Below, piece by piece: positions 26,872 through 35,841 of a stretch of DNA of 41,700 nt (positions are counted from its first letter, which is position 1; each line of letters begins with the position of its first letter). The DNA is taken from the NCBI GenBank assembly GCA_038208765.1, contig JBBQYK010000002.1, positions 1 to 41,700 of the forward strand, given 5' to 3'. This DNA comes from Verrucomicrobiota bacterium. Its GTDB lineage: Bacteria; Verrucomicrobiota; Verrucomicrobiia; Limisphaerales; SIBH01. Below the pieces are notes generated by a model. That model made no database searches, was not told the origin of the DNA, and worked only from the letters and a program-made list of their open reading frames with translations. A program made the translations under genes and the position numbers.

Positions 26872-28032
26872 ATGAAAAAAGTCCGCGTCGGAATCATCGG
26901 CCTCGGCAACATCGGCAAGCACCACGCCGGTTACTTGCTCGACGGCCAGGTGCCGCGCGCGGAACTGGCCGCCGTGTGCAACACGTCGCCCGCCGCGCTC
27001 GAACCGTATGTCGGTCGTGTGCCGCACCATTTCCACGACGCGACCGCGCTGCTCACTTCCAAGACCTGCGACGCCGTCATCATCGCCACGCCGCATTACC
27101 AGCACACGGCGCTCGGACTCGCGGCCTTCGAGGCGGGCCTGCATGTGATGGTGGAGAAGCCCATTTCCGCGCACAAAGCCGACGCCGAGCGGCTCATCGC
27201 CTGCGCGCAGAAACATCCGCAGCAAGTTTTCGCCGGGATGTTTCAACTGCGTGTCGAGCCGCGCTACGCGAAGATTCAGCAGCTCATGCAAGCGGGCGAA
27301 CTCGGCACGCTCGTCCGCATCAATTGGATCATCACCGACTGGTTCCGCACCGAGGCTTACTACGCGAGCGGCGGCTGGCGCGCGACGTGGAAGGGCGAAG
27401 GCGGCGGCGTGCTGCTGAACCAATGCCTGCACCAGCTCGACGTGTTGCAATGGCTCTGCGGAATGCCGGCACGCGTGCGCGGCTTCTGCCAGATCGGTCG
27501 TTTCCACAACATCGAGGTCGAGGACAACGTGACCTGCTACCTCGAATGGGCCAACGGCGCGACCGGCGTGTTCATCTCCTCGACCGGCGAAGCGCCGGGC
27601 ACGAACCGTTTCGAGATCGTCGGCACGCGCGGCAAGCTGGTGCTCGAGAACAACAAGCTCACCTTCACACGCAACGACGCGGACATGATTGAGTTCAGTC
27701 AGGCGGCCAAGACCGGCTTCGCAAAACCCGAAACGACCACGGCGGAAATCCCGTTCGAGAACTCACCCAACGCCCACGCCGTGCTCATGCAGAATTTCAC
27801 CGACGCGATTCTCGACGGCACGCCGCTCCTCGCCCCCGGCGCGGACGGCCTCGGCTCGGTCGAACTCGCCAATGTGCTCCTCTACTCCTCGCTCCTCGAC
27901 GCCCCCGTGAAACTCCCGATGGACGGCGCAGCCTGGGAAGCCAAGCTCAACAACCTCATCACCACCTCAAAGCTGGAAAAGAAAGTCGTGAAGATCGCCA
28001 ACGACGACTTCACGAAGTCGTTTCATCGGTGA
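26872..28032 (+). CDS. Gfo/Idh/MocA-family NAD(P)-dependent oxidoreductase
   Basis: Trimmed to the ATG at 26872. Rossmann N-terminus VRVGIIGLGNIGKHHA and the EKP motif HVMVEKPIS. Confidence 0.88.
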   Translation: MKKVRVGIIGLGNIGKHHAGYLLDGQVPRAELAAVCNTSPAALEPYVGRVPHHFHDATALLTSKTCDAVIIATPHYQHTALGLAAFEAGLHVMVEKPISAHKADAERLIACAQKHPQQVFAGMFQLRVEPRYAKIQQLMQAGELGTLVRINWIITDWFRTEAYYASGGWRATWKGEGGGVLLNQCLHQLDVLQWLCGMPARVRGFCQIGRFHNIEVEDNVTCYLEWANGATGVFISSTGEAPGTNRFEIVGTRGKLVLENNKLTFTRNDADMIEFSQAAKTGFAKPETTTAEIPFENSPNAHAVLMQNFTDAILDGTPLLAPGADGLGSVELANVLLYSSLLDAPVKLPMDGAAWEAKLNNLITTSKLEKKVVKIANDDFTKSFHR

Positions 28033-28107
28033 GAACTTCCGACTGATCCATTCCCTTGAGAAGCCGTGCGGCTCGCTGATTCTGGATTCTGGCCGAGACC
28101 AAACTCT

Positions 28108-28989
28108 TCACGTTTTCGCCCCTGGCCGACTCCGCGATAATTTCTTCTGCTCGGCTTTCAGCCGTTTCTTTTCCCGGCTCTCCACCTTCTTGATGTTCTC
28201 AGCCACCGGCAGATTCTCCGGCATCGTGCCGCCCAGTTCATGAATGGTCCGGCGAACTTTGCGGCCCACTTCGCTGTGAATCCGGTTCGCCTGATCTTTG
28301 TTCCGCACATTTTCCCGGCGCAGCTTGTCCTCGGCCTGCGTCGTGCGGAAAAGATTCGCCGCCAGTTCCAGGCTGCCCATGTGGTCGAGGACGTGTTCCT
28401 TGGCCTTGAGCCGCTTGCGCCCGTGGATGTCGCGCTGGCTCAATCCGCCATAAAGTCCGCGATACCCGTGATCCATGAAGATGGCGTAATCCACCGGCTG
28501 AATGACTCCCGATTGTTTCGCCACGCCCGCCAGATTCTTGTTGCGCCTCTTCATCTCGCCGCGCAGCAGCAACCGCTTCTGCTCTTCTTGGACGGCCTCC
28601 ACGTCGGCCAATTCCTGGCGACGTGTCTGGACGGCGAAATAACTTTGCCCCAGCGCGACGCAGGTCTTGGTGGGATCGGCGTTCTGGATCACCAGATACC
28701 CGGCGTAACGGGACAACATCACGGTTTTCACCGGACGTTGCCCGCCCTTGCCGATCCGGATCATGTCGTTGATTTCAACGAAATGATCTTCCACGCGCTG
28801 GCCGCTGTTGAAACAGGCGGCCCGTGCCTTCTCAATCACCGCCTCGAAATTGCGGTAATCCGTGTAGCCCAGCACCCGGGCAAAATCCCGGCTGGACCAG
28901 CATTCTGCTCCTGAAGGCTGAACACGCTTGATCTGTTCAAATGTGTTGCTGGTCGTGTTTGCAGGCAATGGATCGCTCATGGGTTTCAT
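28108..28989 (-). CDS. dinD: DinD/RhuM-like protein (DNA-damage-inducible protein D family)
   Basis: FEQIKRVQPSGAECWSSRDFARVLGYTDYRNFEAVIEKARAACFNSGQRVEDHFVE, VMLSRYAGYLVIQNADPTK and GQSYFAVQTRRQELAD closely follow the E. coli DinD pattern as I remember it. The ORF-track start at 28998 is TTG. The first ATG is at 28989. Confidence 0.78.
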   Translation of the reverse strand: MKPMSDPLPANTTSNTFEQIKRVQPSGAECWSSRDFARVLGYTDYRNFEAVIEKARAACFNSGQRVEDHFVEINDMIRIGKGGQRPVKTVMLSRYAGYLVIQNADPTKTCVALGQSYFAVQTRRQELADVEAVQEEQKRLLLRGEMKRRNKNLAGVAKQSGVIQPVDYAIFMDHGYRGLYGGLSQRDIHGRKRLKAKEHVLDHMGSLELAANLFRTTQAEDKLRRENVRNKDQANRIHSEVGRKVRRTIHELGGTMPENLPVAENIKKVESREKKRLKAEQKKLSRSRPGAKT

Positions 28990-29063
28990 TTTACTCAAAG
29001 CGTCCGGTCAAATGAAGAACGAGTTGTTCACACATTTTGCGCCGGAAATCCGCGATGGGCAAT

Positions 29064-32000
29064 TTAGTCCTCCGCGCCGGGGTCGCGGCCGAGGCGGTAT
29101 TTGATGTCGTAGTTCAGGATGAAATCCAATTCCTCCGCCGTGAAGCCGTAGTGCCGCGCCAGCACCCGGTCGATGTCGTCGAGAATTGATTTGGAAAGGC
29201 GTGGGTAAAACTCCTGGTAGATAATTTTGCCTGTCAGACTCGAGGTCTTTTCCTTCAGTTCGCTCTTCTCTTTGTAATCTTCCATCAGTCGTAAACACAG
29301 TTCGGCAAGGCCAGTCAGATGGGCCTTCGAGACTTTATCCAAGCTGATTGGAAACTCGTTGAGGTCGCTTGGATTCAAGTCTCGGCAGTTTGTGGTTAAA
29401 ATGAAAAACCAGTAAAAGAGAGAACTGCTCAACACAGAAATTGTCGCGTCACGGAGAATTTCAGAGGGCAAGTAAAGGTAGTTCTCCCGGCTTGAGACGG
29501 CTCGTTTTCCATCCAGTGCAAAACGGGGTTGAAAGCTGGTGAAGATTTTCCAGTACCGTCCGCCGCCGATTCGGTAAAAGATTTTGTGATTGGAGTTCCG
29601 CTCAAGACGAAGACTTAACGCGCCGTCAGCAATCATCTTCCTCAAAATTGACGCTTCGATTTCGCCTGTGAGTTTCGGGATGACATATGGCTTTGGTTTT
29701 CTTTCAACGGCGCAATAAGCCGTCCGGTCAAACAACGCAGACCTCTCCTCAGCAGCCCACTTGGTGAATCCTGTTGTGAACGTATTCGGCGAACCGCCGT
29801 GGCCCGTTCGCGCAAGGACGATGGTGAGCAGAACTTCAGCTCCGCTGAACAGTTTGCCGGGTCGTTCTGCGTAGTTGCTGAACCAAACAGAATGCGTCGC
29901 TGTCGAGATGCGGTCTTGCAGAGCTTCCATTCGCTGAGTGCAAACAGTGCTGATCGGAACGATGAATCCGAAACTGCCATGTTCCTTGATTAAATTCAGG
30001 CTTCGCTCGGAGACGAAGGCGTAAAGATTCGAGGCCTCCTTGGTGTCGTAGTTTCTGACCGTGTAGGCGGTCCGCACTTTGCTGTATTCGACATACGGCG
30101 GATTGCCGATGACGACATCGAAGCCGCCGTTCTGGATGATGCTGTTGAACTCGACATACCAGTGGAACGGCTGGTGGGACTTTCGCCACGCGGTCAGTTC
30201 CCGCGCTCCGTAATCGGTGAACAGGCTGGTGTCCAGCTTCTCGCGGATTTCATTGAGCAGGGTGCGAATTTGCTGCTTGTCCTCGCGTTGCTCCGCGATG
30301 TCGCCGGCATGTGACTGTCGCTCGCGGAACTGGCGAATCTGCCGGTCCGCTCTCTTGATGCGTTCGAGGTAGTTCCGGCCAAACATGGAGTTCTGCACTT
30401 CGGCCAGCGTGGCGTAGCCCACGAGCGTGTTGCCGGCGCAGATGTTGAAATCAATGTCCGGCAGCGGCTCAATGCCGAGGTTTTCCTTTTTGGCGTCCGG
30501 CTCGACCTGCGCGGCGAGTTTGAGGAACAGGCGCAGTTTGCAGATTTCAACCGCCTCTTCCATGAGGTCCACGCCAAAGAGGTTTTGCAGGATGATGCTT
30601 TTGTAGATGAAGTATTTCGGGCTGACGTGGCTGGCGACGTGTTCAAGCGTGCGGGCGAAGTCCTCGAATTTGCCGCCGGGCAGCAGCGGATAGCCGTGCG
30701 TGGTGAATTTCAGTTGGGCGGCCTCGTGCTTCACGGCTTCGTCCGTGAGGAAATCCGCCATGCGGTCGAGGCAGGCTTCGTAAAGTGGCTCCAGGATGTT
30801 GAGTGCGGCAAAGAGGAACGCGCCCGAACCACACGTCGGGTCGAGAATGGTCACGCGCTGGATGGCGTGCCAGAGGGCGCGGAGCAAGTCCGACCCTTCG
30901 CAGTTCTCAATCACGTCCTCCGCGAACCGGCGGATGTCGAGGTTGAGGGTGATGAGGTTGTTGATGTCGCGAACCTCGCCAGCGGTTAGTTTCGTTTTGA
31001 TTTCGTCGTGACGCTGCCGGCGGCTGACGACTTCGCGCCAGGTTTCGGTGGGTAAACGAAATTCTTCGTCGGCTTGTTTGTTCCAACCACCGCGCTTGGG
31101 CACGTCCTTGATTCCGGCCTCGATTTCCTTGGGCAGCGGAAGTTCGACGCCCTTCTTCACGGCGTCGTAGATGTAGCGGTCGGGATTTTTGGCGAGCAAA
31201 TCCCAGACGGTCGGGCCGTTGGGGTTTTCAAACGCCACTGAACATTCCCGGCGCGCGGCGTCGAACAGGAACGGGATGATGGTGTTCTTGCCGATGTAGT
31301 CGGTGATGTCCTCCTTCGTGTAATACGCCCCCATTTGTTTCTGGTTGATGTACTTCTCGAAGATGTAGCCGAGCACGTCGGGGTTGATCTCCTCCTTGTC
31401 ACCGGGCTGGCGGACGGTGCGTTCGGGATCGAGCACCCAATCATAGTGGTCGAAGTAGTCGAAGATGCGCTCGAACGCGGCGTCGGGAATCTGGATGACC
31501 GCACCGTAGCGTTCGGGCTTTTCGAGTTCGTGAACGTCGAACATGCCGCCGTTGAGGTACGGAATCTGGCCGATGAGCTTTTCGAGTTCCGCCGTCCGCT
31601 TCTTTCGGCCCAAGCCTTCGTGAAAAAGTTTGATGAGGAAGGATCGGTAGAAGGAGTGGAACTGGTTCTTGCCGCGTTGTTCGCGCACCAGATTCAGGCG
31701 CGTGCGCAGGTAGTCGCGGTCGTGGTCGAGGAAGCCCTTGTGCTGGATGAAATAGACGAACATCAGGCGGTTGAGCATGACGGACGCATACCACTCAGCA
31801 TCGCTCTTGACGGGAATGCAGTCGGCGAAGGATTTCAGGAACGCTTCGTGTTCCCGCTTGAACTGGTCGTAGAATTTCTTGGTGACGCGCTCGACATCAA
31901 GGGCCTTCTTCACGCGGCGGTTGCCTTCGCCGGGCGGGATGTTGCCCTGCGCGTCGAGTTCCGAGATGTCCACGCGCATCGCGTCGAGCTTGCTGATGAA

Positions 32001-32387
32001 CAAGTCGCCGGGCTGGCCCTTGATGTAGAGATGCGGGCGGCGATGCGACCGGCCCGCCTCGCGCTTCACCCAATACCAGAGGCTTTGCGTGCGCGCCTGG
32101 TCGGTGATGATGAGGATGTTTTCCGCAGCGAGTTTCGTCATGGCGGCATGGATGGCGGCGCGGTCACTGGCATCAGGAATCGCGCCGCCGGGCGTGGTGA
32201 TTTCAAAGACGTGGATACCAGAGAGCACGGCCACGGGCGCGCGGTGGAAACGGATGCCGCCTTTGGCCTCGGCGTCCGCAGCTTTGAGTGCGAACGGTGG
32301 ATTATTCCAGCCGAGTTCGTTGATGAACAACTTGCGGAAGTCGAAGTCTTGAAGGTGCTGCCGGGTGGCTTGGAGATTCAGAGGCAT
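29064..32387 (-). CDS. large gamma-class N6-adenine DNA methyltransferase with a C-terminal target-recognition region (COG1002/Eco57I-MmeI-PglX-like)
   Basis: Motif I ILDPTCGSGAFLFAAL and motif IV VVIGNPPYVEY. Helical region NRLMFVYFIQHKGFL and IPYLNGGMF are typical of this clade. About 330 aa follow the catalytic domain. The N-terminal roughly 130 aa are unassigned. No nuclease motif recognised. Confidence 0.85.
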   Translation of the reverse strand: MPLNLQATRQHLQDFDFRKLFINELGWNNPPFALKAADAEAKGGIRFHRAPVAVLSGIHVFEITTPGGAIPDASDRAAIHAAMTKLAAENILIITDQARTQSLWYWVKREAGRSHRRPHLYIKGQPGDLFISKLDAMRVDISELDAQGNIPPGEGNRRVKKALDVERVTKKFYDQFKREHEAFLKSFADCIPVKSDAEWYASVMLNRLMFVYFIQHKGFLDHDRDYLRTRLNLVREQRGKNQFHSFYRSFLIKLFHEGLGRKKRTAELEKLIGQIPYLNGGMFDVHELEKPERYGAVIQIPDAAFERIFDYFDHYDWVLDPERTVRQPGDKEEINPDVLGYIFEKYINQKQMGAYYTKEDITDYIGKNTIIPFLFDAARRECSVAFENPNGPTVWDLLAKNPDRYIYDAVKKGVELPLPKEIEAGIKDVPKRGGWNKQADEEFRLPTETWREVVSRRQRHDEIKTKLTAGEVRDINNLITLNLDIRRFAEDVIENCEGSDLLRALWHAIQRVTILDPTCGSGAFLFAALNILEPLYEACLDRMADFLTDEAVKHEAAQLKFTTHGYPLLPGGKFEDFARTLEHVASHVSPKYFIYKSIILQNLFGVDLMEEAVEICKLRLFLKLAAQVEPDAKKENLGIEPLPDIDFNICAGNTLVGYATLAEVQNSMFGRNYLERIKRADRQIRQFRERQSHAGDIAEQREDKQQIRTLLNEIREKLDTSLFTDYGARELTAWRKSHQPFHWYVEFNSIIQNGGFDVVIGNPPYVEYSKVRTAYTVRNYDTKEASNLYAFVSERSLNLIKEHGSFGFIVPISTVCTQRMEALQDRISTATHSVWFSNYAERPGKLFSGAEVLLTIVLARTGHGGSPNTFTTGFTKWAAEERSALFDRTAYCAVERKPKPYVIPKLTGEIEASILRKMIADGALSLRLERNSNHKIFYRIGGGRYWKIFTSFQPRFALDGKRAVSSRENYLYLPSEILRDATISVLSSSLFYWFFILTTNCRDLNPSDLNEFPISLDKVSKAHLTGLAELCLRLMEDYKEKSELKEKTSSLTGKIIYQEFYPRLSKSILDDIDRVLARHYGFTAEELDFILNYDIKYRLGRDPGAED

Positions 32388-32391
32388 GGCA

Positions 32392-35300
32392 TCAATCAGC
32401 GCGGAGTCCGAGTGAGCAGATGATTTGCGGCGGCGGGGGCGGCGCGGAATCGTCGAGGATCACGAGGCGGTTTTCGTTGCGGAGTTCGAGGACGAGTTGC
32501 GCGAGGTGTTCGGGCGGCAAGCCCTGGCGCAGTTCGCGAGCGAGCGTGTCGCGGGCGTATTCGGTGAGATGGCCCCTGAGCATTTCCTCCAGCGCGCGAG
32601 GCAGGGCTTCCAGCGGCCTGGCGAACAGCGTTCCCTCCACGCTTGCCCAATAATCCTTGAGGCGGTGGTAGGCTTTGTATTTTGGGCCGGAGCGCGATCC
32701 GAGCGCGCCGGTCATGGCGGGCTGTTCCTTCACCACAGCATCGGCGGCGATGACGACGAGTTCGTGATGATTTTCCGCTCGCGGGAGTGCGGGCGTGTCA
32801 GGCGCGCAGGCGGCGAGTTCGAGAATGGCGCGCGGGGATTCGGAGACGAGCTTGCCGGCGTTGTCCACACGGGCGAGGGCGTTCGCGCCTTCGGCGGTGC
32901 GGAGAAAGACGAGCGCGCCGGGAGTCCCGGCGGGTGGAGTGGCTTTGGCGGAGAAGACTACATCGGGCAGCGACTCGACGGCTTTTTGCAGCGCGGCGTT
33001 GTCCTTGATGGCGTCCTGCCAGATGCCGAGCGCGAAGGAGCCGAGATCAACTTCGTCATCCGAATCATCGAGGGAGCCGGATTTTTCGTTGTAGAGATCG
33101 TGCCATGCTTTCGCCTGGCCGATGTCCTCGTCGAAGAAGGTTTCATCCGTGCCGAGAATCTCCTCGCTCTGCTTGAGCCGTCCCCGCAGGCGGTTGCGGA
33201 GATTGATGATGCGATCCACGCCGTCCGCCGGCAGGAACGTGTAGCAGGTGACGGTGAGAGCTTCCTGCCCGATGCGATCCACGCGGCCCGCGCGCTGGAT
33301 GAGCCGGATGATGGCCCACGGCAAATCGAAGTTCACCACGATGGCGCAGTCCTGAAGGTTCTGGCCTTCGCTCAACACGTCGGTCGCCAGCAGCACACGC
33401 GTTTCGTCAGCGGCGGAGACGTTTTTCTTATTGCTGCATGGACTGAAAGCCCAAGCCGCCGCCGTGGGGTCGGGGTCGGTGCCCGTGACAGCACGGAGAT
33501 GCGTGATGTTTGCGGCTTCCACCTGCTTTTCGAGATACCGCACCGTGTCGGCGAACTGGGAGAAGATGAGGAGCTTCTCGTTTTTGTGTTTCTTCGAGAT
33601 GAGGTGGAGCAGCTTCTTGAGTTTGGCATCGCGGGAGTCGTCCCATTCGCCGGTCTTTTCCAAAATCGCGCGCAAAGCTTCGGCGTCGTCGCGCAGATGA
33701 CGGGCGAGTTCGTTGTTGAACAAGCCGGGGCGCACCCAGCGGAACTTGCTCTTCTGCGTGGTGGCGAGCAGTTGGTAGAGCGCGGCGGCGCGGTTGGTAA
33801 AGTCGGCTTCGGTTTTCAATGCGCCGGACGTTTGTTCAAGCGCGAGGGCGAGTTCGGATTCCTCCGCGTCGGAAACATCCAGCAGGTCGCCCAACTGCGT
33901 GCCGATGGGGAGCGGCTTCGACTGCGCGAGCGCGTGGAGCAGGATGTGGTTGCGGAGAATGTGCCGCTGCAACGACAGCAGAAACGAGTGACCGCAGCTT
34001 TCGAGGCGCTTGAAAAGATTGGTGCGGACGTAGCCGATGAGTCGCTTGCCCGCGCGGTTCAAGTCGGCCAGCACGACCTGTTCGGCATCATCGGGCGGCG
34101 GCTGTGGATTGGGGTGAAGGTATTTTTGCAAGCCGTAGCGCGGCAGATGGAGTTGACCAATGGTGTCAACGACCGTCGGCGAAAACAGGGCGGCGTATTG
34201 GTCACTCTGGTCGCTCTCATCAATGTCAAACTTGACGGTGCGCGGCTCGCGTTTGGGGAAGTAGGCGCGGCGACCGTCGGCGTAGTTGATGAAGTAGCGG
34301 TCCTTGGTTTCATCCCTTTCCGCGTAATGCTTCTCGATGAACGAGCGCGTGCGGCGGACGAGAAAGAGCCGCATCAAGTCGCGCCAGTCATCCGGGAACG
34401 GACTGGCCTGAAACGCGCGCAGCGTCTTGGGATTGATCTGGAGTTGCGCGAGGTCTTCGGCGGTGAGATCGCGCAGCCAGCGTTCCGGGCGCACGCCGAG
34501 ATCGTCATCGTCGGAAAGGAAAAGCCGGAGCTGGTTGGCGACATCGGCAAACTCCTTATTGAACGGCGTGGCCGAGAGCAACACGGTGAACTCGGTGTTT
34601 TGGGCGATGTAATTTCTGATGGCGAGGTAGCGACGACCCTCTCGATTCCGCAGATTGTGGCTTTCGTCCACGATGACGAGGCGGTGGCGGATGAGTTGCG
34701 GGAGATCTTCTATGACCTTGCCGAGCGACATCACGCGCCCCCGCAAGCCGTAGCGGTGGCGGTAGTCTTCCCACATCGGAACGAGATTGGGCGGACAGAG
34801 GATGAGTGTTTGCAGGTCGTGGCGGTCTTCCATCAGCCGTGCGAGCGCCGTGGCCATGAAGGTTTTTCCCAGGCCCACTACGTCACCAAGCAGAACGCCG
34901 CCGCGCTTTTCGAGGTGGCCGGCGGCGACCAGCACGGCAGCACGCTGGAAAGGGAAAAGCTCCTGATGAAGTTGCTTCGGCAGTTTGTAGCGGTGCTGGC
35001 TCTCGCGGGCTTCCTCGGAGAGATGCCACGCCATTTTCAGATAAACGTGGTAGGGCGAAAGCAGATCGGGACGCGCCCAACTCTGGTCAATGATGTCGGC
35101 GAGTTCGTCGGAGATGTCGAGACACCAGCGGTCGTCCCAACGGTCATTGAACCACAGCGTCAGCTTTTTTGTCGCGTCGTGGTCAAGCACGTCCACGTTC
35201 AACTCGCCCTGCGCGCTCAGACCGGAAAAGGTTAGGTTGCTGCTGCCGACGAAACCTGTGACCGGGTTATTTGGATCGGAACGAAAGCAGAGGTAAAGCT

Positions 35301-35721
35301 TGGCGTGAAGCGGGTGCGATAGAAACAACTTCACCGCGAGTTTCTTCGCACGGAGCTGGGCGGACAAACGGCGGAGTGCGGTTTCATCACCCCGCGTGGG
35401 ACAGCCCCAGGTCAGTTGATCCTTGAACGACTTCGCCGCCTGCTGGCGCATCCGGCGGGCCGTGGCGTTGTCGAGCAGTTCGCTGCGCCGCACGCGCTGC
35501 AAAGCGTCGCGAAGCTCCTCTTCCTCCAATCGCTGCATTCCGACGAGCAGGCGGCATTGGTGCCCCTCTCCGCCAAGCCACTGCTCGACGTGTTCATCAA
35601 TCGCCTTCCAACCGCGCAGATTGAAATAGCCGACGCAGAAATCAGAGCGGTCGGAACGCTCAAGAGTCTGCCGCAAAGCGGGCAGAAGCTCTTGCGCGAT
35701 ATTGTCGAAGATGCGCGGCAT
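32392..35721 (-). CDS. PLD-family (single HKD) nuclease domain fused to an SNF2-family helicase/translocase
   Basis: N-terminal HKD: LHAKLYLCFRSD...GSSNLT. SNF2 motifs GDVVGLGKTFMATA (I), LVIVDESHNLRN (II), LLSATPFNK (III), LLATDVLSEGQNLQD (V), FDLPWAIIRLIQRAGRVDRIGQ (VI). Its stop lies 4 bp before the methyltransferase ATG. Confidence 0.85.
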   Translation of the reverse strand: MPRIFDNIAQELLPALRQTLERSDRSDFCVGYFNLRGWKAIDEHVEQWLGGEGHQCRLLVGMQRLEEEELRDALQRVRRSELLDNATARRMRQQAAKSFKDQLTWGCPTRGDETALRRLSAQLRAKKLAVKLFLSHPLHAKLYLCFRSDPNNPVTGFVGSSNLTFSGLSAQGELNVDVLDHDATKKLTLWFNDRWDDRWCLDISDELADIIDQSWARPDLLSPYHVYLKMAWHLSEEARESQHRYKLPKQLHQELFPFQRAAVLVAAGHLEKRGGVLLGDVVGLGKTFMATALARLMEDRHDLQTLILCPPNLVPMWEDYRHRYGLRGRVMSLGKVIEDLPQLIRHRLVIVDESHNLRNREGRRYLAIRNYIAQNTEFTVLLSATPFNKEFADVANQLRLFLSDDDDLGVRPERWLRDLTAEDLAQLQINPKTLRAFQASPFPDDWRDLMRLFLVRRTRSFIEKHYAERDETKDRYFINYADGRRAYFPKREPRTVKFDIDESDQSDQYAALFSPTVVDTIGQLHLPRYGLQKYLHPNPQPPPDDAEQVVLADLNRAGKRLIGYVRTNLFKRLESCGHSFLLSLQRHILRNHILLHALAQSKPLPIGTQLGDLLDVSDAEESELALALEQTSGALKTEADFTNRAAALYQLLATTQKSKFRWVRPGLFNNELARHLRDDAEALRAILEKTGEWDDSRDAKLKKLLHLISKKHKNEKLLIFSQFADTVRYLEKQVEAANITHLRAVTGTDPDPTAAAWAFSPCSNKKNVSAADETRVLLATDVLSEGQNLQDCAIVVNFDLPWAIIRLIQRAGRVDRIGQEALTVTCYTFLPADGVDRIINLRNRLRGRLKQSEEILGTDETFFDEDIGQAKAWHDLYNEKSGSLDDSDDEVDLGSFALGIWQDAIKDNAALQKAVESLPDVVFSAKATPPAGTPGALVFLRTAEGANALARVDNAGKLVSESPRAILELAACAPDTPALPRAENHHELVVIAADAVVKEQPAMTGALGSRSGPKYKAYHRLKDYWASVEGTLFARPLEALPRALEEMLRGHLTEYARDTLARELRQGLPPEHLAQLVLELRNENRLVILDDSAPPPPPQIICSLGLRAD

Positions 35722-35778
35722 GGCTGTTCGCTCGCGTGCGAATCAGCCCTGTGTGGTGACTGTCTTGGTGGGAACTCT

Positions 35779-35829
35779 GGTGCCTGAAAACGAAAGGGAC
35801 GTGTCTACACACGCCCCTTCTCAGGCACC
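35779..35829. promoter_or_regulatory. imperfect hairpin in the leader/upstream region of the helicase-methylase operon
   Basis: GGTGCCTGA(35779-35787)/TCAGGCACC(35821-35829), plus AAGGGACGTGT/ACACGCCCCTT (1 mismatch) around the loop CTAC. Lies 58 nt upstream of the start at 35721. Confidence 0.5.
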
Positions 35830-35841
35830 TAGGAGGGCCCA

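Noticed and set aside
29017-29029. GAAC-GAGTT-GTTC near-palindrome about 30-40 nt upstream of the DinD-like start, considered as a LexA/SOS box
   Set aside because: The spacing is N5, not the N4 of the Gram-positive-type GAAC-N4-GTTC box. It also does not match the TGTTC-N4-GAACA form I recall for Verrucomicrobia. This is a pattern coincidence until tested, for example with a genome-wide LexA motif model.
32425-35235. 936-aa ORF on the plus strand
   Set aside because: It is antisense to the PLD-SNF2 gene. Its composition is Arg/Gly/Ala/Val-rich and no motifs are present. The minus-strand frame carries all the helicase and HKD motifs.
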